In this document: one piece after another, positions 10,812-24,193 of the stretch | Numbering within the stretch: the stretch's first letter is position 1 | How the letters are laid out: every line of letters starts with the position of its first letter | Assembly: GCA_951406725.2 (NCBI GenBank) | Contig: OX597814.1 | Location: 30,876,001 to 30,940,000 of the forward strand | Direction of reading: 5' to 3' | Length of the DNA: 64,000 nt | Origin: Octopus vulgaris | Lineage: Eukaryota | Made by a program: the position numbers and the translations under genes | The notes under the pieces: generated by a model | Databases searched by the model: none | Seen by the model: the letters and a program-made list of their open reading frames with translations, nothing else | What the model was told of the DNA's origin: nothing

Positions 10812-12102
10812 CGAGGGGCGTTCGATAAGTAATGTCCCTGACCCACTTCCCATAGCAGTAGAGCAACGAAACTTGGCACAGTTATTAGTCTTTTTCTACA
10901 TAGGAACCACCCAGAGTTACGCATTTCTCCCATCGTTTGATGCGGCTCTGGAGACCGTTTTTGTAGAAGAACCCAGCTTGGTCCTCCAACCTCAACGTGA
11001 CTTCAGAAATCAAGGCTGCATCATCTGGGAAACGCTTTCCTTTCAAAAACAACTTCATGATTGGGAAGAGGTGAAAATCAGAGGGTGCAAGGTCAGGAAA
11101 GTAGGGGGGATGGGGAGGAGTTCATAGCCATACGCCTGTGCTTCTGATCTGGCGACAAGCGAGTTGTGGACCGGAGCGTTGTCCTGCAGGAGGAGGATGC
11201 CTTTGCTGATCTTGCCCCGCCTCTTGATTTTGATAACTTCTCTTAATTTCCTCAAAAGTGAAGCATAATATGCTCCTGCAATTGTGGTACCCTTTGCCAG
11301 AAAATCTGTCATCACTACTCCGTCCTGGTCCCAGAAGACTGTGAGCATGACCTTGCCAGCGGAGGGCTGCACCCTTGCCTTCTTTGGAGGGGGTGAGTCA
11401 CGGTGCTTCCACTGCATTGACTGGGCTTTGGTCTCTGGATCATCATGATGGACCCAGGTTTCATCCTGTGTAATCAGTCTTTTGACAAATTTTGACTCAT
11501 CTTCTTGGCACATCTCCAAATTCACCCTCAAGCACTCGACGCGTTCTTGCTTCTGGAAAGGCGTGAGCAACCTGGGAATCCATCTGGCAGACACCTTTTG
11601 CATATGCAAATGGTCATGAATGATAGTTTCCACAGACCCGGTACTAATCTTGACCTCATGGGCTATTTGGCGAATAATTATGCGTCGATCTTCCAAAATG
11701 GCAGCCTCAACTTGACGGACAGATGCCCTATCAATGGCAGAAGGGGGCGACCAGATCTGGGAGCTGTTTCCACAGAGTTCCGACCATGTTTGAATTCACG
11801 ATGCCAGCGTTTTACAAGGTCATATGATGGGGCATCATCACCATAAGTTACTTTCATTTCATCAAAAGTCTCCCGTGGTGTGCGTCCTTTCAAATACAAA
11901 AACCGGATCACTGCTCGACACTCAACAGGCTCCATTTCACACTTGACTCGGTTCAAACACCTGTAAATCAGAAACCACAATTAATTCAGAGCTGTAATTT
12001 GCCACTTACTCTATAGAGATATAAATGATTACACATGCAAAATTTCAGCTAAATCAAACAGCTGCAAGTGGGTCAGAGGCATTACTTATTGAACGTCCCT
12101 CG
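10812..12102 (-). mobile_element. Full-length mariner (DD34D), probably irritans-like
   Basis: ~36 bp TIRs (cgaggggcgttcgataagtaatgtccctgacccact and its imperfect inverse); TA duplications at 10810-10811 and 12103-12104; 1291 bp. Confidence 0.92.
10885..11935 (-). pseudogene. Mariner transposase with two frameshifts (~11745 and ~11105)
   Basis: MEPVECRAVIRFL..RSGRP / WIPRLL, ITQDETWVHH, LLQDNAPVH / PDLAPSDFHLFP...GSYVEKD*. Confidence 0.92.
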
Positions 12103-13118
12103 TATACGGGTATGACTACACCTGTAGAAGAATATTTTGGATTGTGAAACAAGTTTGTAGATTTGAAACAACAGAAAAGTGGTATGAATACGAGTTTCAG
12201 GCTGCCATGGTGAATGATAATTACAGGATTTTATAGGATTCTTTTTTAGAGACTGGCCATACTTTTGAATCAAGGAGATAAGATATGGATGTGGTGGTCA
12301 GAAAAAAATCAAACAATGTAAGTCCTTTGAGCTTTCTATCTCATACGAAAGTAGAGTGGAAAGTAAGAAAATTGAGAAAATAAGAAATAATAAGCTCTAG
12401 CCAGAGATATGAATACATTGTGGAATATAAAAGTAAAAGTCGTTTTTGTGCTTAGTAGTGCTCGCTCTCGACACAACGCCCAAACTACTACATAAGAGAT
12501 TGTTGGATATTGGAACTGAGACATATATTGCTGATTTACAGAAAACTTCCACATTATATTCTGTAAGGATCTTAGAAGTGATATTTGAGATTTGAGGGAG
12601 ATTTGGCTGATATGTCTTGCAGGCGGAATGACCGCATAGAGATTCTCATGCTGTAAGTATATTCGATATGTAATTCCTTTTTATGTGGAATATATTGTAA
12701 GTTTTCAATAATATATATGATGAGACGTAATATTATATACTTGAAGTTATGCAGTAGTAGTTTATCAGGAAAAAAAATAGTATGACGTGTTTCCATTAGT
12801 GGGACCATATCAATCAGTGTAGAAAAGACAAGATGAGTTCTTAAGTTACCCAATCAGTTGCTGTTGCTTGATGAAATATGGTCAGAGACACTGTGAGCTT
12901 AATACATCATCGGTTCATTTGTGTTTTATTGCAGTATTCAAGCAATATTCCATATATTAGCTATTTTATTGCCTTGTAAATTCACATTTGGATTTTGATA
13001 ATGCGGCGATCTAGAAATATATCTTGCAGTATCTGTTCTCGATCTCTGCACTCTGGGTTCAAATCCCATCATTTCCATCCCTTCGAGGTCGATAAATTAA
13101 ATACTAGTGTTAGCCGCC

Positions 13119-13490
13119 CTTCTTCTTCTTCTTCTTCTTCTTCTTCTTCTTCTTCTTCTTCTTCTCTTCTTCCTTCTCCTCCTCCTCCTCCTTCTCCGCC
13201 TCATCCTTCCTTCTTCTTCTTCTTCTTCTTCTTCTTCTCCTCTTCCTTCTCCTTCTCCTTCTCCGCCTCATCCTTCTTCTTCTTCTTCTTCTTTTCTTCT
13301 TCTTCTTCTTCTTCTTCTTCTCTTCTTCTTCTTCTTCTCTTCTTCCTTCTCCTCCTCCTCCTCCTCCTCCTTCTCCTCCTTCTTCTTCTTCTTCTCTTCT
13401 TCTTCTTCTTCTTCTTCTCTTCTTCCTTCTCCTCCTCCTCCTCCTCCTCCTCCTTCTCCTTCTTCTTCTTCTTCTTCTTCTAGTTCTCCT
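13119..13490. repeat. Compound (CTT)n/(CCT)n polypyrimidine tract with repeated sub-blocks
   Basis: Direct reading; ttctccgcctcatccttc occurs twice. Confidence 0.95.
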
Positions 13491-14397
13491 TCTTGCCACT
13501 CTCCCCCTCTTCTTTTCTCAGAATCGAGTACGATCGCTGTGAGGATAGTCGTGAGTACCCATTTCAAACGTCTCTTCCAACAGAAATGTAGATTGAGAGG
13601 CTGGCAACCTCTTTTCATAGTTAAAGCGATATTCGACTGTAACAGTAAACGAACGGACAACACTAAAAGAAAATAATAATAAAAAGAAGAATTTTATTCT
13701 TATTTGCATGAAGCTTTTGTTTAGTTTTCTATACAGTCACCTTTTCATAGTCTCTCACATTTATTCCCATGCAACAGTTATTCTTCACAAATCAGTCTAA
13801 GCCAGGCACTATCCAATTCTATTTATACTTTCCATGCGGTACTGATCTATTCACAACTATTTTTTATTACATGCAATTCCCTCTTTTGTTTCCGTATATA
13901 CATTTTACGTATTCGTTTGGCCTCTGTCTCTTTTTTTTTTCGCGTATAAATTTCCCTCACTTGCAAAACAAAAGATTCTATCTTAAAATTCTCTGAATGA
14001 ATTCTTTCAAAATCACTGGATGAGCTTTTTCTCAATACAGCTAGATTTATTTTATCCGTTACTGAACATAAGAGCTAATGTTTCCTCTTCCTCAAAACCA
14101 AAATATTTCTTGTTTTTATTCCGGTCAAGGACGATAAATTTCATGTTTTGAGAATATCTAGAGTCTAACAATTTTCAGCGTACAAGTATATTGTAGGTAC
14201 ATTTCTTGTAAAATATAACTCTGTAGTCATTGAACATGGGTATTTCGCTTTAGCATATTTCTATAATTTTCTAAATATTTCTGAAATGTTTTAATGAACA
14301 GAACAGTGAGGAGTTTAAACTTCTTATCCTGTAATCACCAGCTTTTTCACTTATAAAATCTAGCAAGATATTATATATTCTCTTTTCTCTTTCTCTT

Positions 14398-14626
14398 TTT
14401 CTCTTTTACATATTTCAGTCATATGACTGTGGCCATGCTGGAGCACCGCTTTTAGTCGAGCAAATCGACCCCAGGACTTATTATTTGTAAGCCTAGTACT
14501 TATTCTATCGGTCTCTTTGCCGAACCGTTAAGTTACGGGGACGTAAACACACCAGAATCCGTTGTCAAGCGATGTTGGGGGAACAAACACAGACACACAA
14601 ACACACACACACACATACACACACAC

Positions 14627-14704
<78 letters not shown>

Positions 14705-14863
14705 TACGACGGGCCTCTTTCAGTTTCCGTCTACTAAATCCACTCACAAGGCTTTTGTTGGCCCGAGGCTATAGTAGATGACACTTGCCCAAGGTGCCAC
14801 GCAGTGGGACTGAACCCGGAACCATGTGGTTCGTAAGCAAGCTACTTACCTACAGCCACTCCT
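14398..14863 (-). mobile_element. SINE family A (tRNA-derived head, internal (TA)n(TG)n, CR1-like tail)
   Basis: A/B-box head, ccttgggcaagtgtc core, tail ggtgctccagcatggccacagtca; ten copies in the window. Confidence 0.9.
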
Positions 14864-14871
14864 ACTCCTAC

Positions 14872-14931
<60 letters not shown>

Positions 14932-16977
14932 TACATATAAAGTTAAAATAACATTTTAAATTTAAATTTAAACTTTGCATTTGGGTATGTCCCTAGTAGC
15001 ATGCCGACAAAGCATATTCACTGCCTATGGCTACCTGGCATCATCGACGGTAACTGTACAATCGTCGCTGGATCTACGTTAGAATTCCTCAGTGCACGTT
15101 GAGTATAGTAGAAACGATAGATATCTTAGATAAAATATACTGGAAACTTTATTTTTCACAATGATCGTTTCAACACATCTTGCATCGCTCCCTCGTGAGT
15201 GGGAAACTATACATTGAATTACGGTGCACCCTTTTCTCTCACCAGAGTAACTTTTCCTTTACAAACTCATACTACATCTCCCACACACATCAACACACCT
15301 ACCTCCCGGCCTTCTTGCTTTAAAACTTACAACTAAATTCCTATATTCTTTATTCATTAAGATTGCCTCTATCTATTTTCTGTTTCCACATATTATCCCA
15401 TAAACTGTCTTTAACAATTTCAATAGTCAGTATTTCCTTTCACCGAAGGACCTATACCCAAAATGTCAGTTCTTTTCACACATGGTAGCCACACTAATTG
15501 ATACATCGAAATGCTTTCATATCTTCACAGTTTATCTGCTCTAGATTACTTTATTTGTACAAATTTGATTTAAATAGATCACTTTTATGCATGAGGATGT
15601 AAACGAAACTTTATTCAATTAAGCAACTCATTTCTTATTTGTATGTTTGTACCTAACATTTGTTGGACTACAGATATTTAGGAGTTATTTAACTATATCT
15701 GGCTATGCTTTCTAGTATGTTTTAGAAGACCAAGTGTCTCATTGCATCTTTTAGCAGTTTCATGATTTTGTGGAGTTACAGTATATACGTTACGTATATG
15801 TTCATACTAATCCCTATGAATAGTCATGTAGTTGCGAGATTTCATGTCACCGTGTATGATTATTTGATTTTCAAGTATACGCTTGCATCTGAGTATTCAT
15901 GTGTCCATATATGGCTATATTCTTTCCTGAAATATATATAGTTTTATATATGATTATCATGATAGTCATATTTTAGATGATTTTGTTTTTAAATCTCACA
16001 TTTATCTAATTACATTTTTTTTTTCGTTACCCGGAGAATAACTTCGAATCACGTTATCACAGTTGATATCGTTTATTTTCTTAATTCTAGATAATTCTAC
16101 ATCGCAAACATTTTGATTAGTAACAAATAAGAATGGTCGAGAGAAAGGAAAAGAAAAAGAAATAAGGAAAGAATGAGCGAGAAAGAGAGAATATGAGAAA
16201 GCGGTAGGAAAGGAAGAGAAAAAAGGGAAAATATCTAATGTCCATCCTGCTATATTAGCTGCAGGTCGAATACTGCAATAACTTTATATTTTTCTCTTTT
16301 ATTCTCGCACCGAGTTACTTATCAATGTCGCCATGGATTTTGCACGTATAGATTTGTTATATGCTACCAAGATATACATCAGCATGGAACACAGCATGTA
16401 GTTACAGAAGTTTTTACTTCAAAATTACCCGGATTATATCACGGAAAGTTCTTTCTAAATGCTCTTCGACTAGTTCAAAGATATGTGATATATGTAAGCT
16501 ACAAATAGTGTTTTTCACTTAAAATCATTTCGTTTTGTGTAGTTTATTGAACACGTAGCAACGGAAGCTGTGATTCCTATGGGTAAGTGATATAAATATT
16601 TGCATTGAGAGAACTATGTGACCAATAATTAGTTACTGGATAGTTTCTTTACATTGTTGAAAAATATATCTTCATACAGTGTGGATTGGTTTGATGATGG
16701 GATAGTAAATAACAAATCGGGGAAGAAATGGTTGTTCGCATACTGCGTATGGCGGTGTATTATATAGTTAATATACATGCATTCAAAGTATATTTATATA
16801 CACACACGCACACACGTAGGCATGCACGCATGCACTCACGCCAATCTGTGTTTTCCTTTGCTTCAACCGATCTGAAGAAAGTCCGGCGGTATCACGTAGA
16901 TTATAGTGCGAATCCATGATACGAAAATAACTCTATACATATATACACCTTCGTAAATATATATGTATATATATATG

Positions 16978-17039
<62 letters not shown>

Positions 17040-17044
17040 CACAT

Positions 17045-17476
17045 ATAAAGCTGAAGTTGTCTGTGTGTGTGAGTGTGGCATGTTTGGTAGCCTTCAACTA
17101 ACACTATCTCTTCCGAAACCCTGCGGCACAAGTTGACCAAAATTGACAGTATGATAGAAAAAGGCTTGCTTTTCATTCCGTAGAAGAAACATTTCAAATC
17201 GGGCCATGTTAAGACCAAAAATTATTTACATCAAAAAGGTGTTTTTCCATGAAAATCCCTATTTTTTACGATTTCTTGACTGCTGTGTCGCCAGTTTTCG
17301 GTGTATTTCAACCAGAAAAATATTCACTTAAAGAGAATAACGAGTTTCATAATGCAAAAGTTTTACTTTTCAAAAAAAATTGAACCTTTGTCAAAACTTT
17401 GTTAACGCGACATCAAAGTCTGCCGTTTTAAGCGCAACTAAAAAACAAACCCAAGTAACGCCTGGCTATACTGCTA

Positions 17477-17478
<2 letters not shown>
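17045..17478 (+). mobile_element. Non-autonomous Helitron-type element
   Basis: 5' tataaagctgaagttgtctg resembles the 5' end of 42255-42649; decayed subterminal hairpin followed by tactgCTAG|t. Confidence 0.7.
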
Positions 17479-17521
<43 letters not shown>

Positions 17522-17899
17522 TTTAATATATACATATACGTATATATTGAAACCAATGTCAATTATGAGGGACATTAATCAATTTTAATGTCCCCTAGTG
17601 GTGATGGGTGTGTAATTTTATCAGATTGGCTTAAATTTCTGAGAGATATAGTTTATTTTATCCGTAAAATATTTTTAGCCTCTTGCCTTTTGTGCAGAAG
17701 AATTAGACAATTTTTTTGATACATAATAATATTTTTTATATGTGCTGCAGAATAATTGTAATTTTTCAGTTAAAAGACATAAAGCTGAAAATTTACATGA
17801 ATTTGAATTTTACCTTCATGAATATATCTTCTGCGAAATAACCAATTAAGAGTAATTGTTATATCGTTATTTAGCAGCTCTACCATGATATTTAAATCA

Positions 17900-18860
17900 A
17901 AATTATCTTAGCTTAAAATTTGCTGCATTAAAATTATCGAACAGTGTATTTGTAATAATATGATCCAGTAGACGAAATTTTGGAAGCCTATAAAAACAGA
18001 TATTGCCTAGAAATATGTTAACAACAAATGCCCAAAATTTGAAATATTTCCTCTATTTAAGTAGTTATGAGCTAAACAAGGAAGTAAAGCTAATAGATGG
18101 ATGGCGTCTAAAGTAAAGTTAATATTAAAATGCAGCAAAAATCTCGTCTCATGATGAAATAAAAACTAGCCCCTTAAAAAAAATTAAAGACTCTAATTGA
18201 TAAGCAAATCAGATTAGTTTGGTACAAGAAGACGGCAACTTTCAATGAGCATCTAACAAAAATGTACAGAAGGTAATTTATTTGATATGGTTGCACATGA
18301 TACAGTCGAACGAAGAATGCATTACAAAAAGTTTGTGATCTTGAGTTCTGGAGGACCAAATTTGTGAAATGGATATGTTTTGACGGATAGAATAAAAATT
18401 TCACTCTTGAAGGTCAGAAAACGTAAGATGCGGAAGCGTGCGATATAGATTAAAAATGGAAATGTGCTGGTTAAAAAGCTTGAGTTTAAGTACACTTCGG
18501 AAATATTAACGAATCTGGTTTGGACGGAGAATGAAACTCTTCCTAACGAATTTCAGGTGTGTGGGGATGGAGTAGTCACTGTATACCTTATCTCCTCACT
18601 AAAGCCCCTCTCTATCTAAAAATAGATTCAAATACAATGTTTTATATGGTATCCTTCACTCCAGCTGGCGATATCAAGATGAATTATACGGGTCTTACAG
18701 CCAACAACTTGAAAAGAAATATAACACTTCATACGTACTCCTTTAGGTACACTAACAGAGAAAACTCCGCATATCTTGCCAGTTTCATCTGGAGAGTTTG
18801 AGAAGGAAATCTAACAGTTCGGCATAACTTGGAGAATAACTGACGAGATTCTTCGTTATC
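17900..18860 (+). mobile_element. Decayed Penelope-like element with GIY-YIG endonuclease fragment
   Basis: ORF 18559-18801: YTGLTANNLKRNITLHTYSFRYTNRENSAYLASFIW; the upstream boundary is approximate. Confidence 0.65.
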
Positions 18861-19109
18861 AATGACACGCCCAATAATTTATTTGGTCAATAATTTTGTG
18901 TAGTTTCTTTATATTTCACAAATGATATTTGTTGCTTTTTGTGACCACAGTCAGGAATACTAAGCGACAAATATCTTTCAGGAAGCACGTATGACCTATC
19001 GTGTTCTTGGTTTGAAAGCTATCAAAACCTATCATGTGAATCTTTTGCATGATTTTTTTTGTAAATTTTTGAGTCCTTCAGTATCTGATTCTATTGTATA
19101 TTCTTTGGT

Positions 19110-19524
19110 TCTTTTACTTGTTTCAGTCGCTTGACTGCGGCCATGGTGGATCACCGCCTTAAAGGGTTATAGTTGAACACATCGATCCCAGGACTTAGTC
19201 TTTTAAGCCTATTGCTTCTTCTATCAATATCTTTCGTCGAACCCTTAAGTTATAGGGACGTAAACACTCCAACATTGGTTGTCAAGAGATGGTGTGGGTA
19301 GGAGGACATACACGGACACAACGACACAAACGCATAATTATATGTATATACATATATATAGGACGGGCCTCTTTCAGTTTCCGTCTAACAAATCGACTCA
19401 CAAGGCTTTGGTCGGGCAGAGGTCATAGTAAAAGACACTTGCCCATGTTGCCGCGCTGTGGGACTCAACCCTTAAATCACGTGGTCGGAAAGCAAGCTTC
19501 CTATAATACAGCCACGTCTGCACC
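19110..19524 (-). mobile_element. SINE family A (diverged)
   Basis: Aligns to the other family A copies. Confidence 0.85.
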
Positions 19525-19762
19525 TATTCATACTGAAAAATTTGTCATACAGCAAATATTTTAAAGAAATTATACTGTTATAAAACGAATGATATATTTC
19601 AATCTTCTACTTTCACAATATAGCCAGTAGTTTCAGAAACTTGCAAACAGTTTTAACGTTGAAACTTAATGTGTTATTTAGATATCATATCTTCCATTAA
19701 GCAATGCAAATATTTGATAGTATACTTTCATTTATTTTATCGTCACAGGCAAAAATATTTCT

Positions 19763-19804
<42 letters not shown>

Positions 19805-19820
19805 GTATGTATGTATATGC

Positions 19821-19858
<38 letters not shown>

Positions 19859-20121
19859 TTGTGTATATATATATGTATATATATATATAAATATATATAA
19901 ATGCGTATGTATATATGTATATATGTATATATATATGCATATATACGTATATACATATATATATGTATATATTTGTAAGTATATATATATATATGCACGT
20001 GTGTTTATTACATGCACATCTATTTTTTTTATCTAAATACTTAGTTATACACTAACAAACATATACTCACACATATATAAATATACGTATAAATGCATGC
20101 ATACTCAAACGCATGCATATA

Positions 20122-20165
<44 letters not shown>

Positions 20166-20211
20166 AACAGACTTGTTTGTCCATATATATGTTTATGTAT
20201 ATATATATGTA

Positions 20212-20242
<31 letters not shown>

Positions 20243-20838
20243 CACACATGACTATTCACACGTGATAGCACAAACATATAAATGATTGAATCAATATGAA
20301 TATAAGACTGTATACACACAGATATAGTTTCTATGTGCGCTTGTGCACCAAATATGATATATACGAAAATATTCTGCGGCAATACTACATATATTTAATT
20401 GCCAGTTTGAGGAATACTATTAATTTACCTAATTAATAATCAATGTTACAAACTAATGCGTACAACACGTATGTTTTTGTGTCACTGTTGGCAGTAGTTA
20501 AGCGAAAATTTCGTTGCCCTAGAGACGAAAAGCGCGAGAAAATCTTAAAGTACATAGTATCAGCCATCATATTTACGCCACAAATATACACACCTGTATA
20601 ATTACACATGCCAGTTATTTTTTATGGCCTGAAACTTTAAAATTCATTTGCTGCAGAGAAATTATATTGGAGTTGAATTTTTTGTTATTTATTTAAAATA
20701 TTTTCTTTGTTTAATGATATCGTGTTTACTGTAAATAAACAAGAAATTCATTTTGGAATTAAAAAAATAAAACGTAAAGAAGGTGCAGGAAAGTGTAAAA
20801 ATATTGAAGTTATTCAAAAAGATGATATTTATATATAC

Positions 20839-20877
<39 letters not shown>

Positions 20878-21107
20878 TGTGCGCGCACATACATCTTTAC
20901 ATAAATATCTACATGCGCATAAACACATATATGTATTTAAAGATGCCTATAAATATGTGTACGATATATATGTACACATAAATATATATTTATAAATGCA
21001 TGCATATTTAATATGTATATCTGTATCTATATCTATATAGATATGGGTGTATGTGTACATGACACACACACACGTACAAACACACACACTCATACATATG
21101 TGTGTAT

Positions 21108-21152
<45 letters not shown>

Positions 21153-21306
21153 ATAAATCTATAGGGTTGCGAATATTCTTTATAAATATCACCACCAGTG
21201 GCCCAGCGTGTATAAATAGTAAATAGACAACATATTGGGGTTTTGGCCGTGTTGGCTGCTATTTCTAGCTTGTAAAAATTACCTGTCAAAGGGTAATTTT
21301 CTATTT

Positions 21307-21340
<34 letters not shown>

Positions 21341-21422
21341 GGTCCCGGGTTGAGTCGGGGTTAACCACAGTAAATAAGGTACTCAATACATAGCAGAGTA
21401 AATTAATTTATTTTATAGAAGG

Positions 21423-21473
21423 AGCTTCTACAGGACTAGAACTGTTTCATTCAAATGAAATCATCAGGAAGCT
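21423..21473 (-). ncRNA. Type I hammerhead ribozyme motif
   Basis: agcttc CTGATGA tttcatttgaat GAAA cag ttctagtc ctg TA gaagct. Confidence 0.75.
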
Positions 21474-21723
21474 TGCTGTCAATAACAACAACAACAAACT
21501 GACTAAAAGCGATAGTCTTCTAATTTACCTAAAGCTCTATTCAATTATTCTATTTATTTATTTATTTATTTATTTATTTATTCATTTATTTACTTTATCA
21601 CTGATTTTTTTGACCACTCCCCTAAGAAAGACAGCTTGTGCCCTGCTTACTCCAAAAAATGTCCACCACCACCACCACCACCCCATTAAATCTGTATAAA
21701 TGCCAGAACTTATTTTGACAGCA

Positions 21724-21774
21724 AGCTTTCTGATGATTTCATTTGAATGAAACAGTTCTAGTCCTGTAGAAGCT
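21724..21774 (+). ncRNA. Type I hammerhead ribozyme motif (inverted twin)
   Basis: agcttt CTGATGA tttcatttgaat GAAA cagttctagtcctg TA gaagct. Confidence 0.75.
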
Positions 21775-21786
21775 CCTTCTATAAAA

Positions 21787-21830
<44 letters not shown>

Positions 21831-21877
21831 TATATACATATATATATATGTATATACATATATATATGTATATATAT

Positions 21878-21959
<82 letters not shown>

Positions 21960-22397
21960 GTGTGTATTTATAAGTTATATTCCTTAATAAGCAACTTGGC
22001 TACAACATGTGTTTTACTCTCTATTATTAGAAATACTTTCAACCTGAATGTGTTCGAGACTTGTTAAAACTTCAGAATACTTATGGCGTGCCCACAAAGA
22101 TACAATCATAATGTGTGCCAAATGGAATCAAGGAAACGGATGTGGTTAATATGTATCACAGAGCATACTCTGTCAATGTGGATTATTCAGATAATATACA
22201 GGAAATTTCACTATCTCTTTTCGAATTACTTTAAATGCTATGTACAGTTTTCTTTTAGACATATGTATATATATTCGTCTCTCTCTCAGTTCCTATGTCT
22301 ATTAACGTGTGAGTGTGTGTGAGTGTTTTTGTGTGTGGTTCGTAGCATGTTCTCCACTGATAAGTTATAGATAATACTAAAGGGATCAGTAATATCG

Positions 22398-22631
22398 GTT
22401 TCAAAATTTAGCACAAGGCCAGCAGCTTCGGGAGGGGGGACGTCGATTACATCGACCTCAGTGTTCGACTGGCACTTATTTTATCGTCCCCGAAAGGACG
22501 GAAGGTAAAGTCAACCCCGGTAGAATTTGACCTAACAACGTGAAGACGAACGAAATACTGCTAAGCATGCTAACGATTCCGGTATGCTAATGATTCCGGT
22601 ATGCTAACGTTCCTGCCAGCTCACCGACTTA
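22398..22631 (-). mobile_element. SINE family B (tRNA-like head, Deu/Nin-like central domain)
   Basis: Aligns to 27103-27318; small internal tandem duplication. Confidence 0.8.
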
Positions 22632-23132
22632 GAGTGGGTATTAACAGTAATATAAGTTCACCTGCCTTCAGTTTTGTCTTTTGACTGAAGCAAGATTTAC
22701 GATAAGAAAAATAATGTCTATAATGTTAAGTAATAACTGCAACTGCAGTGTCTGGGATTGGGTTCAGATTACCTGGTTACAAAGTGGTTGAAGTTCCCCA
22801 TTTTTAATATGCAGCCATAACTGCATTTTTAGACCAAAGTCTTGATATTGCCAGTTCGTTATTGGAAGCGTGTGTGTCTGTTCAGGGCTTCAACTGTCTA
22901 TGTATAGAATCTACCAGTTTTGAATAGTGACGGATAAGTTGATGTCTGGTGCATTTAGTAAGAATATCGCAATTAAGGTGGCTGATTTTGCTCATTGGTC
23001 AGTAGATTTCGAGTAAGTTTTAATGTTCAAATGTTAATGTTCAAGTTTCATACAGAAGTCGCGAGATGGCTGTTTGCAGAATGCTGGATTTGGAAACTTA
23101 GAATTAACTGAACTTTCTAGTTAAGTTAATAT

Positions 23133-23350
23133 TCCTTTCTGCCATAGGCATGAGGCCTGACATTTTTTGAGGGAGGGGTCTAGTCGATTACATCGACCCC
23201 AGTGCTCAACTCGTACTCATTTCATCGACCGCGAAAGGATGAAAAGCAAAGTCGACCGCAGCGAAATTTGAACTCAGAACGTAGCAACGGGCGAAATACT
23301 GCTCAGAATTTCGTCTAGCGTGCTAACAGTCCTGCCAGCTTGCCGCCTTA
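23133..23350 (-). mobile_element. SINE family B
   Basis: Aligns to the other copies; agttaagtta duplicated on both flanks. Confidence 0.85.
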
Positions 23351-23613
23351 AAGTTAAGTTATTAATGATGAACAATCACTATAATTGTTCCTTTATGGGA
23401 GTATTTTGTGTTGCTATCCATTTTGAAATGGTTAAACTTTGATTGTACCTTCTAGTATTACTCACTTAAATGGAGAGTACGAACAAGTGTGATTTGTACG
23501 TATATGATTTTGTTCCATTATTATATTACTATTTGTTGTTTAATTTTCGTTTCATAGCGTTTAAATGGTGAATGTTGCATTTTTTATTCAGACATGTTTT
23601 TGGTGGATAGCAG

Positions 23614-23993
23614 GAGGCGCAATGGCCCAGTGGTTAGGGCAGCGGACTCGCGGTCGTAGGATCGCGGTTTCGATTCCCAGACCGGGTGTTGTGAGTGTTT
23701 ATTGAGCGAAAACACCTAAAGCTCCACGAGGCTCCGGTAGGGATGGTGGTGATCCCTGCTGTACTCTTTCACCACAACTTTCTCTCACTCTTGCTTCCTG
23801 TTTCTGTTGTACCTGTATTTCAAAGGGTCGGCCTTGTCACTCTCTGTGTCACGCTGAATATCCCCGAGAACTACGTTAAGGGTACACGTGTCTGTGGAGT
23901 GCTCAGCCACTTACACGTTAATTTCACGAGCTGGCTGTTCCGTTGATCGGATCAACCGGAACCCTCGTCGTCGTAACCGACGGAGTGCTTCCA
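23614..23993 (+). mobile_element. SINE family C (tRNA-derived), full length
   Basis: A box tggcccagtgg, B box gtttcgattccc; 13 bp TSD tggtggatagcag at 23601-23613 and 23994-24006. Confidence 0.9.
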
Positions 23994-24193
23994 TGGTGGA
24001 TAGCAGTTCTGGTATAGTTTCGGATGTAAGAAATTGTTCTTTTCGCTTTTGTACTTGGGGTCAGGGCTATGGTCTCTGTAATTCGGATAGTATTTGGGGG
24101 TGAAGGTGTAGCCAAACATTTCCCGTTGTGCTGTGCCCTTCACAAGTCTACGTCACTCAGTATGATGCAGACAAGAGCTTTACCTTTTATTGT

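Larger units (their letters stand above)
9893..12580 (+). mobile_element. Second decayed Dong/R4-type element, split by the mariner
   Basis: LLYIDD, FGMLFGVNKC, ERIDHLLSQCSVLPQKEH | YGYD across the mariner insertion, then KWYEY and RLE remnants. Confidence 0.75.
21340..21785. mobile_element. PLE pseudo-LTR-like locus with head-to-head inverted copies, flanked by (TA)n
   Basis: ~21411-21481 is the reverse complement of ~21716-21786. Confidence 0.75.

Noticed and set aside
12995-13676. Overlapping Ser/Leu/Arg/Glu-rich ORFs
   Set aside because: Produced by the (CTT)n/(CCT)n tract.
23614-23690. tRNA gene (also other SINE heads)
   Set aside because: No closed acceptor stem; it continues into a SINE body bounded by a TSD.
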